Shown here: positions 45,201 through 59,050 of the stretch, in pieces
Layout: each line of letters starts with the position of its first letter
Numbering within the stretch: the first letter of the stretch is position 1
From: Bugula neritina
Lineage: Eukaryota > Animalia > Bryozoa
DNA length: 64,000 nt
Assembly: GCA_964035545.1 (NCBI GenBank)
Contig: OZ037770.1
Coordinates: 10,546,973-10,610,972 of the forward strand
Direction: 5' to 3'
The notes under the pieces: model-generated
What the model was told of the DNA's origin: nothing
Seen by the model: only the letters and a program-made list of their open reading frames with translations
Database searches by the model: none
Translations under genes and position numbers: made by a program

Positions 45201-46590
45201 TGTTATATTTATAATTATTACTTTCATTATTATACCTTACACTTTGTTTCATGTTAACTGTAAAATAATTGCCCACACCAAAATTTGAACCAATTACGCT
45301 ACAGCTGGGTCTTAGGGATTCTAATAACAACATTAAAATGTATACAGCTATATGCAATTAGTTACATGAATATAATATAGCTGCATAGTACATATATTTA
45401 CTATTAATTCACAAATGATTTATGTTTCGATTTCATTATATTATCAGCTTAAATATTATTCGATCAAAATTTTTCAGTTTAATAAATTGAAGTTATATGC
45501 CTACATGCCGAATATTGAGGTTGGACAAAAGTCTTTCAAAAATTTTTAGTTTTTTAAAAGTAATTTTTATTTTTCAACTGCGCAGGAAGTCTATGAATTT
45601 ATCTACCTGGAAGCCGACAGTGAATTTATTTGGTGAAGAACTCAACTTTGCAGATTATTCCCATCAGCAATTTTACTGTTCCAGTGTAAGTTTATATAGT
45701 CGAACTATAGCTTTACTTTTTACAGTTGTTATCTCATTGTTCCATACAAAAACTGACGCAAGTTTATAGTCACCATCCATGTGAGAAAACTCCTGATAGA
45801 AAGGGGTTTTTATTAAATCATACTAAGGAATTATTGTGATGAGGCACAGGAGCAATTATGACTGAATGCTTTTCATATCATCTCCAATAGCCTTTGTCCT
45901 GGCTCCAACCTCTAATGACTGTACTTACTAGGCAAACACTCTAACCCCAAAAACACGGCTGTGTTCCCATAGTTTAATGATATTAGTTACAAAAGTGAAT
46001 CTTAGAAATTAGTCTTTTTTTTTCTATTTATAAAAAGCAATAATATAAAACAAGCGTTTTGGAACACTACTGTAAATGATGTTTAATATTTATAAACTAT
46101 TTCTTAACTATATATACCTAAAAACCAATCTAATTGAAGCATAGAAAAAAAACTAGGTTTTGCCTTTATGTATAGTAGGTGTAATTCTGCCAGGGCATAA
46201 TTTCACAGTATCTCGTCCTCAGACATAACACTTATGTACCAATACGAGATACATTACATCATAAATAAATGTTGTCTATCGGCAAAAATTTTGCAGTAGC
46301 CAATCATAGTACTATAACAGGGCAGTCTGAGTGTAGTATCTCGTTTATCGGCATAATTATAATAGCCCGTAGTTGAAGATGGAGTTGGAAGCTTTTCAAA
46401 TACCTCCCACATATAATAGCATTTATGCTGGTCCCTACAGCTAAATAAACATTATGGTAGACCAATAATCATGAAAGCTCTACTCATTTGCAACTGGAGG
46501 ATTTGTAGCACCACAATACTAAATTTCTTGCATTGGAGGTGCTTAGGCTGTGTTGTCATAGTGATATGTACTTATTGGGGCTTGGTATAA
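42206..46590 (+). CDS. MS4A/CD20-like tetraspan membrane protein (~263 aa)
   Basis: Exons 42206-42405 (donor uncertain), 43312-43474, 44638-44694, 45030-45151, 45586-45685 and 46441-46590 (last exon least certain); 792 nt open. AVAQIVCGVLLII...VGLACGLLMVISGSIEMLAIRKK resembles the MS4A TM1-TM2 pattern (QIxxG...GxxxxISGS...KK), followed by TM3 VIISILLQYLAIGIMCFTL. Confidence 0.65.
43526..43974. mobile_element. PIF/Harbinger-type non-autonomous element with TTA TSD (intronic)
   Basis: TIR agttgcctttatacct / aggtataaacgcaact; TTA at 43523-43525 and 43975-43977. Confidence 0.8.
44063..44235 (+). mobile_element. SINE copy
   Basis: gggttagagcg head; ggtgatgttaggaagagtattcagtcataattgcttctgtgcc body. 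Confidence 0.75.
45760..45962 (-). mobile_element. SINE copy (antisense)
   Basis: gaggcacaggagcaattatgactgaatgct...actctaacccc is the reverse complement of the family consensus. Confidence 0.75.
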
Positions 46591-48424
46591 AATTAAACCT
46601 GACAATTATAAGGATTAAAGTATTATTGCTGTGGTTTCAACTGACCAACTTTGGAGTTATTATCTCGATTCTTCGTCAGGAATGGTTAGATAATTTCATG
46701 CAATAATGAGTTTTAGCTTTATATCATTATAAATAATGCGTTTTGGCTTTATATCATTATAAATATCTACATTGATGGCAGCACTGAGCTAGAATTCTAA
46801 TATCTTTTCAAGCTCATTGGGTGGCAGATTATTGGCTAAATTTTATGCAGATATTGAATAAATAATGTGGTTTGATAGTTGTGCTATATTGTTAGGTTCA
46901 CAAGCATCTTTAAAAAGTTATAATTATTGCGTTGACCATAGGTCAAAAAATTACCTAAAGAGAGGGCAGACAACTCCAAAAGATTGTTTTCGCAGAAGCA
47001 AGTAAAATTCAGCTAAACTGAATACTCCAACTGATCAACATTTTCATCTATTAAAATTGAAGAAAAGTTAAATATTATTATACTCTTCTAATCATGAATA
47101 GGCACAAGCTAAAAAGATATTTATTTCAAAAAATATAAAAAGTAAAGTAACACAACAATGTTTGCAAACGCAGACCTAAAAATGTGAATATTCTAGCTTG
47201 AAATTAAGTCTGAAATTCAGACTTTTCGAGGTTGAATTGACTCACCATAAAAAACCATTAAAAAAATTATAAAGACAAGCATGTATAATGAAATATGTAA
47301 TTCATTAGCAAAACTGGAGGAAAGCACTTTTTTTTCTAGAAATTGTTCGATTACATAATACATTTTGGGCAAATGATGTTTTTTAATAAAATGAAACTGT
47401 TGTATTGTTTGGCTAGATGAAGTTTCAAAAGTATTTTTAATATTTTCTCAAATAAAGTAGACATGCACTCCATTTTCACAGTTTTTGGCAAAACATGATT
47501 GGGATTCAGTAGTCAATCAGTTAAGTTTGACACAAGGAGTTGTCACATCCATTCCAAAGAACAAGACCATCTACAATAACAAACATGGAAAGTACCTAAA
47601 ATTACATTTAAGTTTACAACAGTCCTTAAAATAAATGTTGCCTTCTACCAATGTTAAATAAGAACATGATGTAATGCTATGTTTACTTAGACTAAATCTT
47701 GCTGACTTACAATGAAATTCATTCATTTCAATTTGAAAATTCCTGTCAATAACTTGACTCTATGCTAACAACTGATTGTAATACCAAAATCACACTGCTA
47801 CTTTTAGTTTAGGGAATTCGTTTCACTATTAGTTCAATATTCAGCAGAGGTTTTTCTTTAATGAACAAACAATAGGCATACATGCAGATGAAAGATTAGG
47901 TCTAGTGAATACTAACTTTGTGTCTAACAAAAGAAAATGAAAGACTGCATGAAAAATTAACAACTCTAAAAACTTGCAATTTGAATGAGGCTCAGGCTTT
48001 TAGGTGAGCAAGAGTAACCAGAAGAGCTACTTTAATGGAAGAAATTACTGACTGATTGTGTAGTTGCAGGCTGCATGATGTGTTTTGATTGTCACAACCA
48101 CTTTTGAAAAGGGATAATCCATTAAATTAAGACTACTGGCAAACAACAGAACGATAAGGAAAAAATACCAAGTAGAAATTCACTTCTCAAAGCAAACTGT
48201 AGTTAATACATTATAGATGCTTAGAAGAAGCAGGCAATAGTGAATGCTATATAGTGTAGATCAGGATTCTATACAATGACAAGTAAACTGAAATTCCAGT
48301 GCACTTTGAAACTACTTGTAAGAATGGGCTTAGTGCTTTATAGTGCCTTGAAATTTTTTCAAGTCTAATTGGCACCATGCTATTAGAATTCGCAGAGAGA
48401 TGACCCTTTGAACTTTCACTTTAA

Positions 48425-48823
48425 ACTTTAATACCTTCACGATTTTCAGTAAGAAATTCAATTTATCTAGGTCTAAAATTTCACCGAGTTGCATTGTAAA
48501 AGCCGCTGGTCAAAATGTTTAGTTTGTGATAACTTAATCAGCTGATTTCAGAATAACAATCATTGGGAATGACATCTTCATGTAGATATAGATATTTATG
48601 CTTATAATTATATCGACTGCCTTCATCAATCATGCTGCCAAATCAACTAATTAATTACAGTTGGAAACTTCAATGGGCATTGAATAGCAATTTGGCAAGT
48701 TATACTTTTAATATTACAAAAAGAACTTATGCATCAATATGATTTAAAACATAGGTGGGTACTCGGCAAGTGATATTAACTGAAACTGGAACTTTTTTCA
48801 TGCAGGAAAAGCATCAACGCAAC
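48425..48823. mobile_element. Older, diverged copy of the 43526-43974 element
   Basis: Collinear similarity (ataccttcac.attttc...aaatttcaccgagttgcattgtaaaagcc...aacgcaact). Confidence 0.7.
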
Positions 48824-50089
48824 TCAACAGAAACTTAAAAATGTCCGGCACACTTTATGCTTTGGCAACATGCACACAATAACTTCGTTTATGGTACAAA
48901 CCTTTTTGTTGATTGTTTTCCAACATGACGCATAATGACGCCAGCCACCGTGGCATCATCTTCTCTGGAAAAGTATTGACAAATCATCACCCAAAAACTT
49001 CAGCAAAGCCTCCATCAATAGTATGTAATACTTTAGCTGAAACTAAAAAGAAAGAGACAATATTTTCGTGTAATTTAACCCATCAATAAACGCATCAATA
49101 GTTAGTGTGGCCAAGGTTTAAACCTCATTAATTTCATGCTATTTAAGGCTTTTACAACTTAAAAGATGTAATTCATCTGCAAGAGAAATGTTACGTATAT
49201 GAAATGAGTAGAAGTGCAAAAGCAAGCAGGTATTAAGGAAGGACGAGTTAGTAGGTGTACTTTGACTTGCGATAGATCAATGTGATACCAGATGTGAATT
49301 TTGAGGTGTGTTTACTCCAATCTCACTGAAAAGGTATAAATAGCTAAATTTACGAGACACACAATATTTTATGAAATACTGCACATTCATTAAAACTTTA
49401 TAAAACTCTAGTGTGAAGGGTGACTCACACTTTTAAACCGTAGATGAGCTAAGTTGTAAAAGTTTGATAAGAACCTTTTACTCTATAAATTTATGCAACA
49501 TAAAATACTCTCCACATATTCAACAGCTACGAAGTTTTGTTGAAGATAAACTTCCTAAACAAATATACAGAAAAAAGCTATTTGAAAGCCAAATTTCATT
49601 AGCATATTATAAGATTATTTGTGTTTCATCTTTATAAACAGTGATTTAGTCATTTAACTGATAACTAATGATTTCACTTTGTTTTTCATTCAATAAAAAC
49701 TAAGTGTAGTTGGTGTTAAAAACAGCTTTCATTTCTCACTTTTTTTCTCACCCTAGTCTGCGTAGGCAAACAATTGGATTGTTTCAAACACCACATAGGT
49801 AAAGCGTGACAGCATAGCCAGTGGAGAAAACAATCATCTATACTGCTGGATCAGTGGCAACTTGTGAGTGTGTCAGAGTACTGTCTTGTTGTGTGACTCT
49901 ACAAATAAATTATGAATTTGAATATACTACAAAGTTGCAAACATTGTTTTAACAAAACACAGCATTTATTCGATATTATATGTAAAGCTCAAGTTGGTAT
50001 AATATATATTAAATACATTTTAGCTTTCCTTTTGGATACTCTGAAACAAAATAAAAAAATAAACCAAAATTGGGTAAAGCCATGCAAAC

Positions 50090-50380
50090 TAGAGAGAGAA
50101 AGAGAGTGGGAGAGGGGGGGTGGGAGAGAAAGGTTAGGAGAGAGGATGGAAGAGAGATGGGGTAGAAGAGAGAAAGGGAGAGAGTCAGAGAGATAGTGGA
50201 AAAGGGAGGAGAGTAAGGTTAGGAGAGAGAGAAGGTGGGAAAGACAGAGAGTGGGAGAGAGAGGGAGAAGGTGGGAGAGACAGAGGGTGGGAGAGAGGGA
50301 GGGTGGGAGAGAGGGAGAGAAAGAGAGAGAGGTTGAGTGGAAGGTGTGGGAGAAAGAGACAGAGAGAGGAGTGAGAGAGC
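50090..50380. repeat. Polypurine (GA-rich) degenerate microsatellite
   Basis: Direct reading: gagagagg / gggagaga units. Confidence 0.9.
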
Positions 50381-51279
50381 TTCCAAACTAACACCATTGA
50401 CTTAAAAAATGTTGATAAAAACTGCAGCAAGTCTTTAAAAACAATGCTAGCAAGTTCAAAGCTCACTATAACTTTCAAAATCAATAAAATGTCAAGTTCA
50501 AAAAACTCATCTGCGAGCAAAAAATAGTTACAGAGACAACCAGGTATTGGGCAAGAGCCAGCTAATAGGAGTACCTTTTTAGATAAGCTGCATGCAGGCA
50601 CAGTGAGATAGCATCGGTGAGTTGTGTCTTCGTTTTAATTTCCTAAAAATGAACATAAACAAATGCTAGTAATGAAAGTTTTTAGGGTTATTAAGGGTGC
50701 AATTTTATCACTTAACATCATAGCCATAGCAAAAATTGCTCAGTACAAATTTAAGAAAAATTTCTTTCATCCATTACATAATATCCAAAATCAATTCCAT
50801 TTATTCAATTCATCAAGCTGAAAAACCAAGAATAATCAGAAAGACAGTAAAATCACTTTCTCGTAAAAAACAGCTTTAGATCAAAATTGTTGGGTTCAGC
50901 TCTTAAGCTAAGACACCGATGCATTGAAATACAAAAAAGATCAGCATACTTTTGACTGTCACAAAATTTATTTTACGTGCCTCAGACATTTTAAGGTCAC
51001 CCGCCAACCGCGCAGGACCACGGCGGTAAAAGGTGACCAGACATTTTAAGGTCAATCAAAATCAAGCAAAATTCATCGCCATTTCGCTTACTGCTTTATG
51101 CTGCAGCTTATTTTTGCTTACCAAGTTTCTTTCTGCAGAAGAATTGTAGCTAGCTTCTCGATTTGCCATCTTTATTCCAGTCCCGGTTCAAATGACACCT
51201 TGATGGTACTAAATATCCATGCAAGCTAAAAAATATTTATCAATCAGTACAACAACAGAAACACTTAAATGATCCAAAT

Positions 51280-54200
51280 ATTACTATCACATTACGATAA
51301 CATTACACAGTAACACTATGATTAACATTGTAATATTGAAGCATGACTTTGTGGTAGTTTGATATGCTATAGCAAAAGGCAGAAAAACCAAGTGAAAAAC
51401 CAACAGAAATAATCAAGTACAATTAACTAAAGTAAATAAACTCACTGAATAGTAAATATTTTACTATACTTAGTGAATTGATTTACTTCCATTAGGTTTA
51501 CTTTCATGATTAAATGCTTCTGTCTATTTTCCAGTTTATAGGAATATATTAAAAGTGAAACTAACTATAATTACTATTACCTTATCTAGTTTTGACTATA
51601 TATTTTTCACAAATATAAACATAGTTATATGCATATCCCTATTGTGACTGCAGATACCATTGCGGTAACTGAAATCAAACTTCATTCTACTTCAAGTTTC
51701 TAGCATTGTCCTAGTTCAAAGACTAACAAGTGAATAATTAATAACTGTGAAAGCTGCAAAAAGTTACTTTATTATTAAATAAGATACAACTGATTCTACC
51801 GTATATGATACTATGGTATCTGTATTAAATTAAAACATAATTATGAAAATCAAAAGTTGCACTTTGGGCACTTATATTATAGTAATTAAATTGACAGCTT
51901 AAAATAGGCACATTAAACTATGATTGCAATTTTTATCCATTTATCTTTATAATTGAAGAATTATGATTTATTCTTACACACTTTATCATTATGTTTAATC
52001 ATCCTGACTTTCAGTCTGTCATAGTGATTACTACTATATGAAAATGACTTTGACTTAGGAGTCATAATTATAGTCACAGTGTTGATAAGTCAACAGTGTA
52101 GGATTAACACAGCACCAGACGAGTACTACCTCCAGCTTTCAAGTTTATGTTAGGGTATCTCTAAGACTAAAGAGTAACCCTAATAATGTAAGCAAAAAGC
52201 AGTGAGTAATAAGCATGCTATTCAACTTCAAGTTTCACTATTACTATAACTAATACCACATGTATTTTAATAAAATTATGTAGCTGGTGAGTGAACTATA
52301 AAATTAAGTGGGGATCAAACTTTGAGCAATAATAATAGAAATAATATTAGGACAGAGGTTTCCAATTATTAGTATGTGAAACTAAAGAAGAATGAATAAC
52401 TACTATTAGTATTATTACGTTTACTTTATATTTAGTTTTACCAGTTCGTATTATGATTATCTTACTTTGAATTGTAAAGTATAATAATTATAATATTTAT
52501 AGTATTATATTTATATTATTAATTAATATTTGTATTAGTAAAAACATTTGCTTTAAGTTGCTTGTTTATTAAATTATTCTAAATCCTAATAACGATAATC
52601 TTAATATTAGTGATAATCATTATGCTCCTCACTATCCCCAAGTGCTATCAGTATGACCATCGCAATGTGAACCTAGACGTGAATGTAAAAAGGCACTGCA
52701 AAATAGAACATGGGATGGAACATGGGATGGAGGCAGATATCCATATCATGATACAAATATCGATATTGAAGTTGATAATCATAATTATTATACAAATATA
52801 ATGATAATAACTACAATGATCAAAAATAAATAATAACAAAGAGTTTTCGAATTACTATTCATAAAATCAAAGATCACATTTATAAAGATATAATCATATC
52901 TATTATTAAATTTAAGTCAACTATACTAATAGCAATAGTAATAGAAATAGAAAAAAAAAAATCAATTTTAAGACAAAGAGTAAGAAAAATACTAAATCGA
53001 TATTTAAAATTACTTATTTTTAATTTTAGTCACTTACAGTCAGTCTTAGTTTAATTTTTACCACTGAGTGTTTAATTTCAAGTTCATTTTGACAATAAAC
53101 TTGAAGACTTTAACTAAGAATATGTATAACTCAAAATTCCAAACTGGTACAAGTAAAAGTTGCTACTGAAGCTTTGTAATATTATTTTAAATTATTGGTA
53201 TGATAGCATTATATTTTGATTCATAGCAATACTGATAGTGACAATTTCAAACATACCCATACCATTACTGTTACAGTTTAAGTTACTATTGCCATTGTGA
53301 TTGCCGGTAATGAGTAAATATAACTTAAATTTATATGACTATTACTATTACTATTAGTATTACTATCACTTTCAGTACCGGTCTAGTATCAGTATCACCT
53401 TAATTCAAAATCAATGTATAATTTATCAAATTACTTTTATATTATCATTTATCAATAATATGTCTATCACTATGATATTATCATGATATTGATTTTTAAT
53501 TTAAACATAATAAAATCATAGGTATAATCATAATGATAATCATAATGCTTAATTTTACTTTTAGTTCAGGTTCAATGATTTAAGAGTAAGTGAAAGTTAC
53601 TATAACTATTGCCATTGTGATTGCTAGAAATAAGTAAATATAATTTAAATTTATATGACTATTACTATTACCAACACTCAGACTTACTCGGACTCACTCT
53701 GTCTCTAACTCTAAGTCTGAGTCTCACTCCACCAGAGTGAGAGTGACACTGAATTACTATAACTATTACTATAACTATTAGTATTAGTATTAGTATTAGC
53801 AAAATATATCAACCTTATGATTATCTTATTAGTTATTACAATATGTTCGGCATTGATGTTGAACTAAAAATATTAATAGTTATTACAATCACAATGACAA
53901 TGCCAATATGATCAAAGACAAATGATTCCAAGCAGTTTCAGTTTGAGTTGAAGGTAAGTTATAAGTTGAAGTAGTACGTAAGTGGTAGTTGATACTGATA
54001 CTATCAGTGATAGGTCTATACTCCATACCAATGAACTCAATAATATTACCTATATATTACCATAAATTATATTACTATTAGTATTACCTATAATTAAAAT
54101 ATATTCTTTCTTTTCCAGCTCAGTGCTTCATACCCTCTACTTAGTCTAATGCCGCGCACATGACGAGAATGTGAGGTGAAGGTCACTCACAGCTAAAATC

Positions 54201-54916
54201 GCCAAGGATCTGTAATCCATCACTAGTAGTAGTAGTTCTAGTAGTCGTACTACCAGTAATCTGGCTTCGCTATGACACTACGAATTGAATGTTGACAAGA
54301 CGCATGCATGTTTGCTGTTGGTAAACTAATTTTTACTGAATTTTAATCATGCTAAGCTGCAACCTATTTTCTAATGAAATAATATATTCAATAATAATAT
54401 AAATATAATAAATATAATAATTATCATTATAATATTTTATCATTTAATTTTATAACTTTTACTTTTAGTTTTAGTATTTTGGTTTTACATCAAAATTTAC
54501 ATCATTATGATTATCATTATGAGTACAAAATGAAAATAATTATCATTAATCATTACCTTTTAATTTATGATTATAATTAATGTTAGAATTACCACAATTA
54601 CAATCATAATGATAATCATAATGGCATAATGCCAATGATAATCACAATCGTAACACTAATAATAATAGTTTTAGTCAAACTCAAGGATTGAGCAAATGAT
54701 TCAGATTGTCTAAATTTAATTAAATAAATTTCAGCCTTGGGTTTAACTTTACAGTTCACAATTTTATTTTACATTGATTACGACTGAGAGTCACAGTAAG
54801 ACTAAGAAAAAGAGTAAGTCATACCTTTCTTGCAGTTATTTTCAAAGTTTGTAGTTGTACTGGTACAGTAGTAGACCTAGTAGTAGTACTAGTAGTAGTA
54901 GTAGTAACAGTACTAT

Positions 54917-54957
<41 letters not shown>

Positions 54958-56070
54958 CTAGTACTAGTAGCAGTACTAGTATTAGTTGTAGTACTAGTAT
55001 CAGTGGTAGTAGTAATAGGACTGCGATCTTAGATGTAAGTCTAATGAAATACGAATAATAATAGTATAAGTATAACTTTTACATATTTAGTTTTACTATA
55101 AGTGTAAATATAATGAGTAATAGTAAAACTCAAAGTATATACATTAACTCAGTTTAGCATTAATGATAAAATATAATAATTATAATAAAGTAATATGATC
55201 ACCATTACGATTATAATTAAAATTCTTAGTAACACTTTTATGATACTCAGTTTAATTTATTAATATTAAACATTAGTTTGGCTACCACAAATAACTAATA
55301 AGTGCTACTATAGGTAACTGTAAAGATAAGTATAAATTTAACTATAACATAGACTATCAGCAATAATAATATATCATATTGATATTAAACTATATATGGA
55401 TAATGCAAATCATAGATCATACCTCATGATAATTATTCCTAATGATCTTACTTTTTATATGCTGATGCTAATAAGTAGTAATTTTAAATTTGATAACTCA
55501 TGAATGATGAATAAGATAACAAGAATAATACTGGACCTAGTAATACTATTAGTCCTACTACTAGAATTTTATTATCTTATATTTGTAATACGCTTCTTTT
55601 AGTAATACTGCTGGTCAAAGTTAGTGTTAATCATATTTATAGTTAAATGCTGAAGGAATAAATTAGTTCATAACATAAACATTTCACTATGTGAATATGA
55701 AATTTAATATGAATATCCCAATTACACTTGCTGTTGCTCTTTAGAGACTAGAGTTATAACTTATAACTATGATATAATAATGAATACCATTATTTTAACT
55801 AATCATATTACTCAGCTAATGTTAATGATAACTGTAAGTCTAAAAACCATTACGGTTATAGGTATCACTGACTAATATTATTAATAATATAATCATTCGT
55901 TTTATACTTGTACCTATATTTATATTTATACTTATACCTATTTTTATACCTATGCTCATATTTATAATTTCATGTATGCTTGTACATTTTACTCATAGTA
56001 TCAGGGTGGCAATCGAAAAGTCATAATCGATATGCTAATCTAATAATAGAACCAACTGCACTATTATTAT
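51280..56070. repeat. Multi-kb cryptic 3/6-bp-periodic low-complexity region (resumes ~59030-59800)
   Basis: Runs such as actattactattagtatt, gactcactctgtctctaactct, tatacttatacctat and (tag)n at 54866-55016. Internal direct repeat 53281-53350 ~ 53600-53670. Confidence 0.6.
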
Positions 56071-59050
56071 TATTATTGTTGATTGACCGTAGTTTTTTAG
56101 CTGGTGTAACCTTTTACCATTGGCCTAGTTATACTAGGCTGAAATGGCTAGAACTTTCCTCAGGATGTGAGCTTATCCTGATCCTAGTAAGGGTGTCTGC
56201 TGAATTAATGAGCATTTGTTTTCAGCTACTCCAAGTAGTGTCAGCCAGTCTACAATCTTGTATAAAGCTCCAAAGGCTCCAGTTACAACGGGATGACTTT
56301 TTTGATGTTTTCCAAAGGCGGGTTTATTCTAGTGCTAAATTCTGATATTTTCCTAACTTTTCGAATTTTTTTCTTTTACTCTGTAGTTAACAGGGACTGT
56401 GATATCAATTATCGTTGTTTCAGCATTATGCTTGTCAACTACTAATATATCGGGTCTCCTAACTTTGATGACTACGTCAGTGTGTATGTTAAAATCTTAC
56501 AAGGTTTTCACATTATCATTTTCCAGTACTTATTCTGCTTGATGGCCGTACCAATTCTTACTTTTCTGAAACCCACGAAGTTCACACAACTACTATTGAA
56601 ATTATCAATGCCAAAAGGTTGTGTTTTTTCTTATATTCTCCTTCTGCTACCTTCTCAAACTCACTCAATACGTGCATCGAAGTTTTGTCTCTTGCGTTAC
56701 ACATTCCACACTTCTTGCTACCCTGTTCTCTCATCATAGCCACTTTATAATTTCTAGTAGTGAATAGTTGATTTTGCGCAGCTGTCAGCAGTCCTTCTGT
56801 TTCCTTTTTCAGCCAACCATACTTCAACCAGTTCCAGGAAAATGCTTTCATGTCTTCCACCATTTTGATGTATTGACCACGTGAAGCTTTTCTTTACACT
56901 CATCAGTTCTTTCTATCACTTTATCATTATTTAGTTCTACCGCTGTTCTGTCTTTTAGGAAGGTATTCAGTGTGGTGTTTCTATCAGTCTATGTTATATT
57001 TATGTAGTCTGACATGCTGCAGTTTTCAATCTTTATGCATTTTTCAGTTGACAACATTCTTCTACCGCCTTCCCTTCTGCTAAAATACAGCCTGCCTACA
57101 TCTGCTCTCGGATAGGGTGCACGGTTTGTTGTCATTAGCTTCCTTGTCTTTCAGTCTATATTTTTTAGCTCATGAAACAGTTCAGTCAAGTATTCTAGCT
57201 GTGTAATGCACTGCTGTTACTGCCCATGTGTTTATTGCTTTGATTGTGTTCTCACCATTCAGTTTTGAATCCAGAACTTTTCTTATTTGTTTGTAGTACT
57301 CCTTGATCTTATTTTTCATTTCATATATTTGTATTCCATCAATCTCAAGAACTCCTAGATATTTATACGGCTTCTCACCCAGATCTTTGATTACCTGTTC
57401 ATCAGGCAAACTGATTCCTGTGTCCTTAATTTTCTTTCCCTTTCTCATAACCAGTGTGGCACATTTTTTAATCCAAATTTTATTTCTATATTCTTTGTGA
57501 AGATCCCGGCAGTGTTTACCAAAGCTTCCAGTTCTGACTTTGATTTCCTATTTACCTTCAGGTCATCCACATATAGGAGATGGTTTGTTTTCTGTCTCGT
57601 CGAAATTTGCATCATTGAGCCGCTTCTGTCATGCGAATCGGTAGTTGGAGAAAAGGGATAGAGATAAAGAGTCTCCTTGGAAAATTCTTAGTTTGATCTT
57701 TATTTCTCCTATCTTTTCTTCCAGGTATTTCAGTTGTGTTTTCCAGGTTTCATGCTTTTTCTTATCAACCTTATGACATTAATTGCTATTCCAGTTGTTT
57801 GCATCGTTTCTAAGATCTAATTTCCTTGTCTTTACATATGCTGCAATTTGTTGCTAACTTTATTTAGTCATTCTGCATTGGTATTATTTTTAGTTGGCTG
57901 ACCCCATATATTTTATCAGAATGCTTTTGATTTCCTTGTCAGGTGCCTCTTTAGATGTACGTATTCATTTCCTCGTAATTCTTGATAAAAGCGCTTATCA
58001 TTGTAAACATTGTGTTCTGATTATATTGATCAACTCATTCTGTATATCTGTTTATCTTCTGGCTTACAGCTCTCAGGTTTTGCTTCAGTTTTTCAATCAC
58101 TACACCACACTCTTTGTTCTTTATCCTATATTTTTCTTCAACCATTCTTCTCAATGAATCATTGTAAGCTCTACTTTTTCACTCTGCTATTTTACTTAAG
58201 TCTGATCTAATTTCTTTTTATTTCTTCTGCAGTCGTATTTTCCATACTTGTACATTGTCAGTTTTTCTTTTTCCTTTTTGTTACACACTTGTTCTGTTAC
58301 TATTTTTCGCACAAGCCATGGTGGTGTTATTAAGCTCAATGGTATTAATAATCTCAACACAGTTTAGCACATCATTAATCTGTTTTACTGCCTGTAGTAA
58401 TTTGACCCTCTCAATGTGCCTAAGGGCTCTTAGTGTTGGTCGATCATTAGATAGTTTGTTATGCTCATTTATAATTTTTCTACTAACACTTTTTCTACCT
58501 CTGAACTAGGTACTCTTAAAATTCTCATGGCTGATTTATATGCTATCTCATGTTGTACTATAACATCCTCTATTTGCAAATTTAGCTCTTCATTATCTTC
58601 TTCACCAATTGATGTGCCTAGTTCTTGCAAGGTTCCTTCTTCAATCTTATGGAGTTCTTCTTCCATAAAATGCTTGTGTTTCTTCATAGTTCTTGCTTAA
58701 TCCGCTAGTCTCTATTTGCTGATGTTAAACTCTCCTCTGTTTTCCAGCGTTTGCACATTCTTTTTAAATAATTCTTTGATCCGGGTCTACAGAGCTCATA
58801 CATTGTTTTTCTATAACCTCTCAATTTGGGTGTACTTTTGAAGCAGCATTTCATGACAACTTTGTTGTCTTCTCTTGAGTATCTTCTTTTAGTTGTGCCA
58901 TTAACGGGTTGACGGCCGTAGGTTGCCTGGCCCTCCACATACCCATTGCCAGACGAGACATGCCATGTTTAGTTAGACATACCATTAACGTCGTTGGCTT
59001 TATTAGTTCTATTTTAATGGATCATATTATTATTTTTAATTATTATTATT
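56062..59050 (-). mobile_element. Decayed R4/Dong-clade non-LTR retrotransposon (RT + CCHC + restriction-like endonuclease)
   Basis: Minus-strand motifs across frames: N-terminal SREDNKVVMKC..GYRK; IFQGDSLS; HLLYVDDLK; YKYLGV; GENTIKAINTWAV; ETEGLLTAAQ; CGMC..HV; RRPDILVVDK..IIDITVP..KYQ. Many stops and frameshifts. (TAA)n at both ends. Confidence 0.9.

Noticed and set aside
46620-46690. Second hammerhead candidate (CUGACGA...GAAA, minus strand) and other CTGATGA matches
   Set aside because: No convincing stems I-III and no cleavage triplet.
48840-49040. Minus-strand exon-like segment possibly linked to a first exon at 51168-51121
   Set aside because: Stops in all frames and no consistent gene model.
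49912-50601. ORFs over the GA-rich tract, and the Ser-rich ORF at 54855-55058
   Set aside because: Low-complexity repeat translations.
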